Below, piece by piece: positions 1 to 10,273 of a stretch of DNA of 39,750 bases. The stretch comes from an uncultured cyanobacterium. Its GTDB lineage: Bacteria > Cyanobacteriota > Cyanobacteriia > Leptolyngbyales > Leptolyngbyaceae. The notes below the pieces were generated by a model. It was not told where the DNA came from. It made no database searches and saw only the letters and a program-made list of their open reading frames with translations. Within the stretch, counting starts at the first letter, position 1. Each line of letters begins with the position of its first letter. The DNA is taken from assembly GCA_963766075.1 (NCBI GenBank), contig CAVYAN010000005.1, forward strand, positions 1 to 39,750, in the 5' to 3' direction. Both the position numbers and the translations under genes were made by a program.

Positions 1-1
1 C

Positions 2-136
2 CAAGAAGCGGCCAAAGTTTGCCTGGAGTGCGGCGAACGATACTTTCATGCCATAACCCTGGATGCGATCGATCAATTGCTCAAAACAGAGCACCCAGTG
101 AAACAAAGGCTAGAGGTTGAAGTGGTTAGTTTGTAA
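2..136 (+). CDS. YgiT-type zinc finger protein, 3' end only (runs in from the window edge)
   Basis: Not in the ORF track. Frame 2 reads QEAAKVCLECGERYFHAITLDAIDQLLKTEHPVKQRLEVEVVSL*. The VCxxCGExYF motif and short tail resemble the second knuckle of YgiT/MqsA-type Zn fingers. Confidence 0.7.
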   Translation, partial: QEAAKVCLECGERYFHAITLDAIDQLLKTEHPVKQRLEVEVVSL

Positions 137-600
137 TGACTGTGTGCAGCGCTCTTTTCAGACCAATCCCAATGCCAGCGAGAGCGATCGGCAGATGTGC
201 GGCATTACCAAGCACAAGTGATGGGAGATGAGGGAAGGGGATATTTGCTTTCCGATTCCCTAGAATGAGGTCATCAACTCTAGCATTGACTGCACCCCGA
301 ATCTGATTCAACTCGTGTAAGGGGGATTTGTGTATACACGCCCAAATCGGGAGAGGGATTTAGAGTGAAGGCGGCAAACGGGGGATGCACTCGCTTTATT
401 GCTCACCCCGCCGATTGTAATCAACCAAATAACCCCCAACATCAAACATCACATTGTCATAGTCATAGAAGCAGCAGATTAAATCACAGCAAAATCTAAT
501 CAATTGCTTAGATAGGTGCTCAAGCGATCGCCCAATCCGCCTTCCCCAAAGACCTTTTAGTGGAAATCACCTCATTATTTATTCCGAAGAGGTATTACTT

Positions 601-2027
601 ATGAGCACTGCCCTCAAGCCTGAGAATCTCACCCCGAAAGCACTAGAGCCAGAGGCACCGAAAACACCAGAGCCAGAGGCACCAACAGCACTAGAACTAG
701 AGGAGCCAAAAGCCCTAGACCCCGAAGAGCCGGGACTCGAAGCAATTCATCCTCCACACCGATTGCGCAAATGGCTGCTGGGCCTTGTTGCGCTAGTTTC
801 CGTTATGGGAGTTGGCTATCTAGCGTATCGCCAACTGGTGATCGTCCCGCAACAGGCAGCAAAGAATAAGGTGCAAACGGCTTTAGTAGAGCGGAGCAAC
901 CTGCCAATTACGGTTTCTGCCAATGGGACAGTGCAACCTGAAAAATTAATTAATGTGAGTCCTAAAACATCGGGGATTCTGAAACAACTGCTGGTCAAAG
1001 AAGGGGATCTGTGCAGCAAGGGCAGGTGCTGGCTTACATGGATGCCTCAAACCTTCAGGGGCAACTCCATCAAGCCCAGGGGAATCTCGCAGTCGCAACG
1101 GCGAACCTGCAAGGAGTCACCACCGGAAACCGACCACAAGACATTGCCCAAGCGAAAGCCAAATTGCAGGATGCCAAATTTGCCCTCCGCCAAACGGAAG
1201 ATGATTTACAGCGCAATCGGGCATTATCTGAGGCGGGAGCGATTTCTCAGCAAGCCTTCGATATTGTAGTGACGGCTCGAGATCGCGCACAGGCCCAAGT
1301 GAAGCAATATCAGGAGGCGCTGGCTCTTTCCCAAGCGGGGTCACGATCTGAAGACATCGAGCAAGCCCGAGCCCAGGTGGCAGCGGCCCAAGGAGCGGTG
1401 CAAATTATTCAGACTAATCTCAACGATATGGTGATTCGGGCCCCCTTTAGTGGGATTGTTGCCCGTAAATTTGCTGATCCCGGCTCCTTTGTGACCCCCA
1501 CCACAGCAGGCAGCTCGGTGTCCTCGGCAACATCGTCCTCCATCCTGTCTCTGGCCTCCACAAACCAGATTGTTGCCGAGGTGGCAGAAGCTAATATTGC
1601 CCAAATTCATCTCGGGCTGGTGGCGACCATTCAGGTCGATGCCTACACGGGGAAAACCTTTACCGGACGAGTGACCCAAATTGCGACCCAGTCGGTTGTG
1701 ATGCAGAACGTGACCAGCTTTGAGGTGAAGACCTCGGTGTCCGATCCCCAACATCTGCTGCGATCGGGGATGAATGTAAATGTGGTGTTCAAAGCCGGAG
1801 AGTTAACCAATGTGCTGTTAGTGCCGACGGCAGCAATTGTGCAACAAAACAATACCCAGGGCGTATTTGTAGCAAAAGATAAAGGCGATTCAGTTTTCGT
1901 GCCTATTGTAGTCGGGACAACGGTGAATGACAAAACCGAGGTCAAGTCTGGATTAACCGGGACCGAACATGTTCTACTCAGCTTTCCATCCGGAACCCGC
2001 AAAGTTTCTACTGGCAGACCTTCATGA
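601..2027 (+). CDS. Efflux RND/MacA-type periplasmic adaptor subunit (HlyD family); one-base frameshift at ~1008-1010
   Basis: ORF 601-1269 gives the TM anchor and SANGTVQP..VSPKTSG..LLVKEGD. ORF 1011-2027 continues VQQGQVLAYMD, coiled coils, IRAPFSGIV and LRSGMNVNV. The halves join if one base is added at GAT-CT-GTG. GAGG SD lies upstream of ATG 601. Confidence 0.9.
640..735 (+). repeat. Four degenerate 24-bp in-frame tandem repeats in the adaptor N-terminus
   Basis: Encodes ALEPEAPK / TPEPEAPT / ALELEEPK / ALDPEEPG. Confidence 0.8.
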
Positions 2028-2039
2028 GTCTTGATCCCA

Positions 2040-3359
2040 ATGAAAAAACCGGCTAATTTCCAGGCAACTGTCCGACCTCGCCAGCGGGGTGGAGTCCGAT
2101 CTCGCCGTTCTCGCAAGCGCCGTGTCTCTTTCAGTGAAATTCTGACCATGTCGGTCGAAACCCTGTGGGGCAACAAATTGCGCACTGGCTTGACCATGCT
2201 GGGGGTGATTATTGGCATCTCTTCGGTGATTACAATTACTGCTGTAGGGCAGGGCGTGCAGAACTCAATCGAGACCCAAATCCAAGCGTTGGGAACGAAC
2301 GTGATGATGGTGTCGGCAGGGGCCGCTAGAAATGGTGGGATTAGCCAAGGAGCAGGCTCGGCCAGTACATTAACGTGGGAGGATGCTCAGGCGATCGCTA
2401 AACAAGTCCCCGCCGCACAGTCCGTTACGGCATTCCTACAACGGGGTTCAATTCAGGTTGTAAGGGGCAATACCAATATTGCCACAACCCTTGTAGGCAC
2501 GGATTTGAACCTTCCCAAGATCCGAAACATTCAGCCTCAACTCGGACTGTTTTTTAGTCAAGGGGATTTGGATGCTGCCCATCCAGTCGCATTTCTTGGC
2601 TCCAAGGTGCGGGATGAATTGTTTAGCACCGATGAATCTGTCATTGGCGCTGATTTACGAATTCGGGGCAAGCGGTACACCGTCGTTGGGGTCGCGGAAT
2701 CGAAGGGATCGGCGGGCGGCCAGGATCTGGATGATGTAATTTATATCCCACTCACCAATATGTCCGCCCAAATTGTGGGCAATAATGCGTTGACGGGTGT
2801 AGCCATTAACGGATTTTGGGTCGAAGCTAGCGACGGCGATCAGCTCAACTCGGCTCAATTTCAGGTGACAAATATTCTGCGGCTGCGGCATCGCCTGCAT
2901 CCATCGGATATCGATGATTTTCGGATTACCAATCTCGTGGATATTATCAGCACGTTCGGTAGTGTGATGGAGTCATTTACTTTGATGGTGGGGGCGATCG
3001 CGGGCATTTCCCTGGTCGTGGGCGGCATTGGCATTGCCAACATTATGCTGGTTTCGGTGATGGAACGTACCCGAGAAATTGGCATTCGTAAAGCCGTTGG
3101 GGCCACCAGCGGCACAATTCTGAACCAGTTTTTGACCGAAGCGATCGTCATCTCCACGGTGGGGGGTGTGATTGGTGTGGGTCTAGGCGTTGGGTTTGCG
3201 TTTGCGGCGGCAACCGCGTTTAAATTCCCGTTCATTGTTCCCCTGTGGTCAGTCGGGGCAGGATTTGGCCTTTCATTCATTGTTGGCGTTTTGGCTGGCG
3301 GCATCCCGGCTCGCAACGCGGCCAAGTTAGATCCGATCGCGGCTTTACACAGTGAGTAG
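2040..3359 (+). CDS. MacB/FtsX-family ABC transporter permease
   Basis: NKLRTGLTMLGVIIG at the start, periplasmic domain, GGIGIANIMLVSVMERTREIGIRKAVGA, and ARNAAKLDPIAAL at the end. ATG 2040 is preferred over TTG 2031. Confidence 0.93.
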   Translation: MKKPANFQATVRPRQRGGVRSRRSRKRRVSFSEILTMSVETLWGNKLRTGLTMLGVIIGISSVITITAVGQGVQNSIETQIQALGTNVMMVSAGAARNGGISQGAGSASTLTWEDAQAIAKQVPAAQSVTAFLQRGSIQVVRGNTNIATTLVGTDLNLPKIRNIQPQLGLFFSQGDLDAAHPVAFLGSKVRDELFSTDESVIGADLRIRGKRYTVVGVAESKGSAGGQDLDDVIYIPLTNMSAQIVGNNALTGVAINGFWVEASDGDQLNSAQFQVTNILRLRHRLHPSDIDDFRITNLVDIISTFGSVMESFTLMVGAIAGISLVVGGIGIANIMLVSVMERTREIGIRKAVGATSGTILNQFLTEAIVISTVGGVIGVGLGVGFAFAAATAFKFPFIVPLWSVGAGFGLSFIVGVLAGGIPARNAAKLDPIAALHSE

Positions 3360-3467
3360 GTCGGGACTGTCTTCTGCCCCCTGCATGTCTTCTGTCCCTT
3401 GACTGTCTCCCGCCCGCTCCTTTCTGTCTTTTTTATAATCACTCAAGTAATCACGAGAGTAATCACT

Positions 3468-4199
3468 ATGGCAACCATGATCACAATGGAGGGCATCACG
3501 AAAACCTATCACTTTGGAGAATTGGACGTGCCCGTTTTGAGGCAGATTGATCTGGAGATCGCCGATGGGGAATATGTCGCAATTATGGGAGCCTCGGGTT
3601 CTGGGAAGTCAACGCTCATGAACATCATTGGCTGTCTGGATCGACCGACGAGCGGGCGGTATGTTTTGGACGGTAGAGACCTGACCACACTGGATGATGA
3701 TGGGCTGGCCAATATCCGCAATCAGTATATTGGCTTTGTGTTTCAGCAGTTTAATCTGTTACCCCGCTTGACGGCCCTCGAAAATGTGATGCTGCCGATG
3801 GTTTATGCCGATGTTTCACGATCGCAGCGTCTAGAATCTGCAACTGCCGCCTTAAAAAAGATTGGCTTGGGCGATCGCTTAACCAACCGACCCAGCCAAC
3901 TTTCCGGCGGCCAACAGCAGCGGGTGGCGATCGCGCGGGCCTTGGTCAATCATCCCGCCTTGATCTTAGCCGATGAACCCACGGGCGCCTTGGATTCCAA
4001 AACATCCCACGACATTATGAATTTGCTCACCGCCTTAAACCAGCAGGGGACAACCATCGCACTCGTCACCCATGACGCGGCAGTCGCCGCCCAAACCCGC
4101 CGAGTGATTCAGATGCAAGACGGCGTTATTGTCGAGTCCCAACCGCGATCGCCCGTGGCCCAACGCCCTACCCCGGGCCGAACAATGCTGCCAGCCTGA
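3468..4199 (+). CDS. ABC transporter ATP-binding protein (MacB/LolD-like)
   Basis: Walker A GASGSGKS, signature [15 protein letters not shown], Walker [13 protein letters not shown]-loop VTHD. Confidence 0.95.
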   Translation: MATMITMEGITKTYHFGELDVPVLRQIDLEIADGEYVAIMGASGSGKSTLMNIIGCLDRPTSGRYVLDGRDLTTLDDDGLANIRNQYIGFVFQQFNLLPRLTALENVMLPMVYADVSRSQRLESATAALKKIGLGDRLTNRPSQLSGGQQQRVAIARALVNHPALILADEPTGALDSKTSHDIMNLLTALNQQGTTIALVTHDAAVAAQTRRVIQMQDGVIVESQPRSPVAQRPTPGRTMLPA

Positions 4200-4254
4200 G
4201 TCACAGGCTAAGCAGCAGCATAACAAGGATGTTGATCGGCTTGATCCAGGTGTG

Positions 4255-4596
4255 TTAATACAAAATTTGATAGATCGTGATCATGCAAATGATCCCGAAA
4301 AGGGCTGTATAAATTAATTTTGTGTATTTGGCCAGCCAAGCGGGCAGATAAATATCAAAATTGGCCTGAGTCGAATCAGTGTATTTTCGGGCCAGAAGAT
4401 TTAAGGGACAGCGAGATTTAAACCCCAGTAGGACCAGTCCCTCTAGACAGACAAAGCCATACCCCAGCCAGAGCCAGTGATCCAGCTTATCGGCGATCGC
4501 GGCATAAAGCATGTAGAAAATCACAACATTGAAAAATACCCAAATCACCGTGTGAATGCCCTTAATCAGCCTCAATTGAGTTTTATTGTGCATCAT
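4255..4596 (-). CDS. Small hypothetical membrane protein (about 3 TM, CPL motif)
   Basis: 113-aa hydrophobic ORF with GAGG SD, 22 bp downstream of the ATPase in the same orientation. Confidence 0.75.
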   Translation of the reverse strand: MMHNKTQLRLIKGIHTVIWVFFNVVIFYMLYAAIADKLDHWLWLGYGFVCLEGLVLLGFKSRCPLNLLARKYTDSTQANFDIYLPAWLAKYTKLIYTALFGIICMITIYQILY

Positions 4597-4618
4597 GCCT
4601 CTACCCCACTCTGGGAAC

Positions 4619-7561
4619 CTAATGCCGTTGCTGATGCTGGCGTAGTAACTTGCGAAGCTCCTCTGCGCCTAGTAAGATTGGCGGACAAATGAGTAAAATC
4701 AACCATTGCCAAGGTGCCATTGGCGAAGTGGAAAAGACCTGTCGTAACTGGGCAATTTCAATGATTGATACAATCAATAGCCATTCCGTCGCAATTCCTA
4801 CCCAAATGGCAGGATTAGAAAAGAATCCTAATCGAAAGATAGAAGTCCGTTCCGAGCGACAAGCAAAAACGTTTCCATCTTGACAAGCAACAATAATCGC
4901 TAAAGTCATTGTCGTAGCTTGAGCGTAAATAAAAGTAATCTCTGGATTGGCGGTATGCGAGAGAATGGTAGGCGCGATCGCCTGTAATGAGGCAAAGTCA
5001 TAACCATAGCTTCGCCAAACCATGAAAAACCCAATCATCCCCAACGTTGCCTCAATTAATCCCAGGAAACAGTAAGCCCGTAAGAGTAAAAAGCGGTCTA
5101 GTAATGGTTGTGATTTTAGGCGTGGTGGTAGTTGCATTGTTCCCAACTCAGCACGTTCAATTCCCAGTGCTAATGCAGGCAAAATATCAGTCCCCAAATC
5201 AACGATCAGAATTTGCATAATGATTAACGCTGGGGGAATTTTGAAGAGCACCATGGCCAGAAACGGTACGAGTTCGGCAACATTAGATGCCAAAATATAG
5301 GTCATAAACTTGCGAATATTTTGATACACTGACCGTCCTTGCTCAATTGCGACAACAATCGTGGCAAAGTTATCATCGGTCAGCACAATATCCGCTGCTT
5401 CACGGGCCACATCCGTACCGTTTTGCCCCATCGCAATCCCGATATTAGCCGCCCGCAGGGCCGGAGCATCATTCACCCCGTCACCCGTCACCGCAACGAT
5501 TTCGCCAATATCTTTGTACGCCTGCACCAATCGTAATTTGTGCTCCGGTGACATCCGCGCAAATACCAAGCCAAAACGATATTTCACCACCTGCCGCAGT
5601 TGGGCGTCGGAGAGATGTCCCATGGCCTCACCCGTAACCACACGCACGTTGCCGGTGACTAAACCAATTTGACGAGCGATCGCCTCGGCTGTCAGGCCAT
5701 AATCTCCCGTCACCATCGTGACCGTGATCCCTGCTTGGTGGCATTGGGCGATCGCCCGCGCCACCTCAGGACGCGGTGGATCGAACATGGCGACCAGACC
5801 CACAAAGATCAGATCCTGTTCTAACTCCTGGGCCTTCAGATCAAGCAATTCCGGCCCACCCGGACGCGCCGCCAAACCTAACACGCGAAAGCCCTGTCGG
5901 GCTAAATCATCATTGGCATTGACAACCTGATTGTAATCATCCTGGGTTAATGTCTGCGTTTCACCATCGCGCAAAATCCCATGGCAATGCTTCAGCACTT
6001 CTAGGGGAGCGCCCTTAGTAAAGGCCAGATTAGGCAATGTGCTTGACCATAGTTCTGAAGATTGCCAATTCAACACTACCGTCATCATCAAACGGCGCGA
6101 GTCAAAGGGAATCTCCCGCAGGCGAGGGAACTGTTTTTGGAGGATTTCTAAATTCAGTTTGGCTTTGGCTGCCGCAACTAGCAACGCCGCCTCGGTCGGA
6201 TCGCCAATTTCTTGCCAACGACTCGGCGTATTCAGATGTATCAGACGGGCATTAGAACACAGGGCTGACCCGATCAGCAAAATCTGGGCTTTCCAAGCAA
6301 TTTCAGAGTGTGTGGGCAGGTTAACCCGGCCTTGAGTCGGATCGTAGCCTGCACCCGTGATTTCAACCAGGGCGTTAGCGCGTGCATCTAGTGATCGATC
6401 AGAATTAGTCTTGATAGTATCGGACTGAGCTTGATCTGTTTGGGGTTGATGCGGGAGCCAAAGATAACGTACGGTCATTTCATTTTTGGTCAAGGTGCCC
6501 GTTTTATCGGTACAAATCACCGTAGTTGCACTTAAAGCCTCCACCGCCGAGAGCCTTCTCACAAGGGCGTTGCTCCGCGCCATCCGCCGCACGCCGATCG
6601 CCAAGGATAAGGTGACCGTTGGCAATAATCCTTCTGGCACCAGTGCCACGATGATCCCAATTGCAAAAATAAAGCTTTCTTTTACCTCTATACCGACTAA
6701 GAAGTAGGCCAGCAAAAAAACGATCGCCCCCATACTGACTGCGATCGCGGTGATCATGCGGACAATCCGCCCCACTTGAACTTCTAACGTACTGGGCTCC
6801 CGCTTCACCACCGTGGTTAAATGCGCCACTTGACCAAACTCAGTCTGCGCACCCGTCGCATAGACCACTGCTACTGCTCTTCCGGCGGCTACGGTTGAAC
6901 CCGCTAAGACCAAATTGGCAATTTCTCCCGGATTAACTTGCTCTTGGATGGGTTCTTCCCCTGAATGCAGCAGGGGTTTGCCACCCCGCACCGATACCGC
7001 CTCCCGCAACCGCACCGGGTAAGCATTACGGGCAACCGGCAGTGACTCCCCTGTCATCACCGAGATATCAAGGTATAAACTTTCGGACGAGATCAACCGG
7101 GCATCGGCGGCAATGCGATCGCCTTCTTCCAATTGCATAACGTCACCGCGCACCAGTTCTCGGGCCGGGATCTGCGTCAGGTTGCCATCCCGATAGACTT
7201 TCACCTGCATCGGCAGGACTTTTTGCAAGGCCGATAGCGCTTTTTCAGCTTGAAACTCCTGCCAAAAACTAAAGATGGCATTAATCCAGATCACTGCCCA
7301 AACCGCCCAGCCCAGCTCCGGCGTCCGCGAAACAAACGCCAAAATCCCAGCCACCCAGAGCAGCAACGCCATAAAGTGGGTCAATTGATCCACAAACCGC
7401 AGCCACAAGGGCCGATGGGCAGGTTCCGGCAATTCATTGGCCCCAAATTTTTCTAGCCGTGCGATCGCGTCATCCGACGATAATCCCTCGGCAGCCGTGC
7501 CTAAGGATTCATAGACGGCCTCACAGGATAATGCCCAGAGGGGTTGGTGCACTGACGCCAT
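4619..7561 (-). CDS. Cation-transporting P-type ATPase with Na+/K+-ATPase-like (P2C) signatures
   Basis: TGES, PEGLLPTVT, DKTGTLT, KGAPLE, MVTGD, TGDGVNDAPAL and DLGTD motifs. ATG 7561 has an AAGGAG SD. Confidence 0.95.
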   Translation of the reverse strand: MASVHQPLWALSCEAVYESLGTAAEGLSSDDAIARLEKFGANELPEPAHRPLWLRFVDQLTHFMALLLWVAGILAFVSRTPELGWAVWAVIWINAIFSFWQEFQAEKALSALQKVLPMQVKVYRDGNLTQIPARELVRGDVMQLEEGDRIAADARLISSESLYLDISVMTGESLPVARNAYPVRLREAVSVRGGKPLLHSGEEPIQEQVNPGEIANLVLAGSTVAAGRAVAVVYATGAQTEFGQVAHLTTVVKREPSTLEVQVGRIVRMITAIAVSMGAIVFLLAYFLVGIEVKESFIFAIGIIVALVPEGLLPTVTLSLAIGVRRMARSNALVRRLSAVEALSATTVICTDKTGTLTKNEMTVRYLWLPHQPQTDQAQSDTIKTNSDRSLDARANALVEITGAGYDPTQGRVNLPTHSEIAWKAQILLIGSALCSNARLIHLNTPSRWQEIGDPTEAALLVAAAKAKLNLEILQKQFPRLREIPFDSRRLMMTVVLNWQSSELWSSTLPNLAFTKGAPLEVLKHCHGILRDGETQTLTQDDYNQVVNANDDLARQGFRVLGLAARPGGPELLDLKAQELEQDLIFVGLVAMFDPPRPEVARAIAQCHQAGITVTMVTGDYGLTAEAIARQIGLVTGNVRVVTGEAMGHLSDAQLRQVVKYRFGLVFARMSPEHKLRLVQAYKDIGEIVAVTGDGVNDAPALRAANIGIAMGQNGTDVAREAADIVLTDDNFATIVVAIEQGRSVYQNIRKFMTYILASNVAELVPFLAMVLFKIPPALIIMQILIVDLGTDILPALALGIERAELGTMQLPPRLKSQPLLDRFLLLRAYCFLGLIEATLGMIGFFMVWRSYGYDFASLQAIAPTILSHTANPEITFIYAQATTMTLAIIVACQDGNVFACRSERTSIFRLGFFSNPAIWVGIATEWLLIVSIIEIAQLRQVFSTSPMAPWQWLILLICPPILLGAEELRKLLRQHQQRH

Positions 7562-7580
7562 GCTGATCGACTCCTTCACC

Positions 7581-8876
7581 TTAGGGCTGCAACAAAATTT
7601 CGGCATCTACGGGCATCCCCGGTTTCACCAGACCCGTGGGCTGATCCAGGCGCAGCTTTACCCCAAACACCTGCTCCACCCGGTCTTTTTGAAAATACAC
7701 ATTCTCCGGCGTAAACGAAGCCTTAGCATCGATCGCGGCCACTGTGGCCGATAGCGGATGCTGATGCTGGGGGTCATTGTCGAGGTAGACGCGGGTCGGC
7801 TGCCCCACCCGAATTTGCGCGATTTGGCCACCCGGAATAAATCCCCGCATGTACACCTGACTTAGATCAACAATCCGCAGCAGTGGGCGACTGGGCAGCA
7901 CGACGGTGCCCGGTTCCACACTGCGCGTTGTCACCACTCCCGCGATCGGGCTGGTGACTGTCAAATTATTTAATCGGCTCTGAATCAGCTTGCGGTTAGC
8001 CTCGGCGGTTTTGACATCGGCCTGGGCCTCTAACAGAGCAACCCTAGCCTGGTCAACCTGGGCTTGCACGCGACTGACCGTCGTGGCCTGTCGTTCCGGG
8101 TTGAGGCGAGTCGTTTGGGCCTGAGTGGATTTGCCCTGGGCGATGGCGATCGCGCTCCGGGCTACTTTCACCGCGGCTTCCCGGCTTTGCAGTGCCGCCT
8201 GGGCGGTGTTAAATGCCGTTTGGGCCAAATCCGCCCGCTGTTGGGTTTCGGCCCCCAGATTGGCGAGGTGGACAAAGCGATCGCGATCGACGCGAGCCTG
8301 TTCCCGTAAGGCCCGAATTTCTTCGACTTGGGCTTCGGCCTGTTGCAGAGCCGCTTGGGCCGTGGCCACCAGCGCGTCAGCTTCTGCGACCTTTCCGGTC
8401 GTATCGCCCTCAGTCTGTTGGAGATTGAGCCCTGCATCTGCCCTCTGACTCTCGAACATGGAAATTTGGAGGCGGGCCGCCGCTTCGCGCTGTTTAGCAG
8501 CGTCCAGTTGGGAATTGGCAGCGGCCAGTTCGGACTGCACTTCTGCGTCATCTAGCCGCACTAATAGCTGGCCCTGGGTGACCGTCTCGCCCTCTCGCAC
8601 CGTTACGGTTTCGACCCGACCCGCACCCTTGGTACTGACATCGGTTTCATAGCCTTCAATGCGCCCGCTCACGGGAATGAAGTCTGGGGGTTGAGATCGG
8701 AAGAATCCATACCAGACTCCTACCCCAATACTGGCGACGGTCACGGATCCGATCAGCGGCCACAGCCACCGGCGGTTCGGATGGACAGGAGGGGACTGTG
8801 GTGGGGACGGCACGGCGATCGCGGGAATCTCTGAGATGGCTGGGACTGGTTTAGAAGTATTTTTTAATTGCGTCAT
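7581..8876 (-). CDS. HlyD-family secretion/efflux adaptor (YbhG-like)
   Basis: TM anchor, VSGRIEG, VREGETVTQGQLL, long coiled coil, SPIAGVV, ASFTPENV and KPGMPVDA. Confidence 0.9.
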   Translation of the reverse strand: MTQLKNTSKPVPAISEIPAIAVPSPPQSPPVHPNRRWLWPLIGSVTVASIGVGVWYGFFRSQPPDFIPVSGRIEGYETDVSTKGAGRVETVTVREGETVTQGQLLVRLDDAEVQSELAAANSQLDAAKQREAAARLQISMFESQRADAGLNLQQTEGDTTGKVAEADALVATAQAALQQAEAQVEEIRALREQARVDRDRFVHLANLGAETQQRADLAQTAFNTAQAALQSREAAVKVARSAIAIAQGKSTQAQTTRLNPERQATTVSRVQAQVDQARVALLEAQADVKTAEANRKLIQSRLNNLTVTSPIAGVVTTRSVEPGTVVLPSRPLLRIVDLSQVYMRGFIPGGQIAQIRVGQPTRVYLDNDPQHQHPLSATVAAIDAKASFTPENVYFQKDRVEQVFGVKLRLDQPTGLVKPGMPVDAEILLQP

Positions 8877-8957
8877 AATGCAGTGCATCCTTAAACTTAA
8901 ACCTGAAATTAAACTTGCATAAAAGTGAATCAGTCTTGCATCAGTCTTGTATTAGTA

Positions 8958-10082
8958 TTAACTGAGTTGTCTGCGATACCGATGACTGCTCACCAGTAAG
9001 GTTGCTAAGGCAAACACAACCATGGCGATCGGATGCGGCCACCACACCGCTGGCCCAGTCCCTTTGAGCAAAATTCCCCGGAGAATGATCAGGTAATGAT
9101 ACAGGGGATTAATTTGAGCGATTCCCCGAAATAGCGCTGACATACTGCCGACAGATGTGACGGCTCCCCCCAGCAAAATAATCGGAATATTCAGGAAAAT
9201 GCCGATGAGGATAGTTTGTAACTTATTTTTAGAAAAAGTGGAAATCGCCAGCCCAATCGCGACCCCAATTTGCAGATAGAGCATCGAGAATAGTAATAAC
9301 AGCAGCAAATTGCCACGAAACGGCAATTGAAACACGACATAGGCCACCACAAAGCACAGCAGCAAAGTGCCGGTCAGTAATCCCGAAATCGGGACAATTT
9401 TGGAAATCAGAATAGCGGTAGAGGCCACGGGGGTCATCAGCAGTTGCTCCAGGGTGCCCTGATCCTTTTCCCGCACGGCCTCCACGGCTGCGGCCAAAAT
9501 TGCGCTGAGGGTGATGATCGCCCCAATTACACCGGGGACAAAAAACCAGCTATCCAGGGTGCCGGAATTGTAGCGAAACGTGATATTTGACTGAATCGGA
9601 ATGGCCAATCCTGCCGATAGGGGCTGGTTTTGTGCCAGCAGGTTTAGGTTGAATTGCGTGGCGATTTGGGCGACATAGCCTTTGACTAAACCGGAACTGT
9701 AGGCATTGATGCCATCCACCACGATCGCCACTTCGGTTGTGCCGCTCTGCAACAGATCGCGGCTGAAACTGCTCGGAATCATCAACCCCACATCGACTTG
9801 GCCGTGCGCCACCTGTTGGGTCAGGGCGGGTTGGCTCGGGGGATAGCGATCGGCCAGAAACACCTGATTTGCGGTGAAGGCATCAACCAAGTCTCGACTG
9901 AGCGCTACTTGATTCTGATCGAGAATACCCAACCGGAGATGGGAGATGCTGGAATTCAGGACGTAGCCAAAAATCACCATCGAAAGCACGGGGGCGATCG
10001 TCAGAAAAATCACCAATTGCCGATTGCGTAACAGTTCGGTGGTTTCTTTAATTAACAGGGCTAGGAGACGACGATTCAGCAT
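8958..10082 (-). CDS. ABC-2 type transporter permease (YbhR/YbhS-like)
   Basis: LLIKETTELLRN start, FFVPGVIG, VREKDQGTLEQLLMTP, NPLYHY..RGILLKG. Confidence 0.9.
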   Translation of the reverse strand: MLNRRLLALLIKETTELLRNRQLVIFLTIAPVLSMVIFGYVLNSSISHLRLGILDQNQVALSRDLVDAFTANQVFLADRYPPSQPALTQQVAHGQVDVGLMIPSSFSRDLLQSGTTEVAIVVDGINAYSSGLVKGYVAQIATQFNLNLLAQNQPLSAGLAIPIQSNITFRYNSGTLDSWFFVPGVIGAIITLSAILAAAVEAVREKDQGTLEQLLMTPVASTAILISKIVPISGLLTGTLLLCFVVAYVVFQLPFRGNLLLLLLFSMLYLQIGVAIGLAISTFSKNKLQTILIGIFLNIPIILLGGAVTSVGSMSALFRGIAQINPLYHYLIILRGILLKGTGPAVWWPHPIAMVVFALATLLVSSHRYRRQLS

Positions 10083-10273
10083 GGGGATTGGGAGTAAGGG
10101 CAATTCATTCCTCTCAGCAACGCCTCTCAGCAACGCCAGTGTTCTAGGCTCAATGGTATGGCTTAAACATGAGGAACTTGTGAGGATTGCTTTTGATTGC
10201 AGCTCTGGAGATTGGAGCGATCGCGAAAGAGAATACTTCTGTTGCAGAAACTATCTTTTTAAATGGGGATCAC

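Noticed and set aside
126..311. 61-aa minus-strand ORF
   Set aside because: Non-ATG start, no motif, and it overlaps the end of the Zn-finger gene; probably spurious.
3436..3470. Three TAATCAC units at a 12-bp period before the ABC ATPase start; similar short duplications at ~8930-8960 and 10110-10137
   Set aside because: Short slippage-type duplications with no evidence of function.
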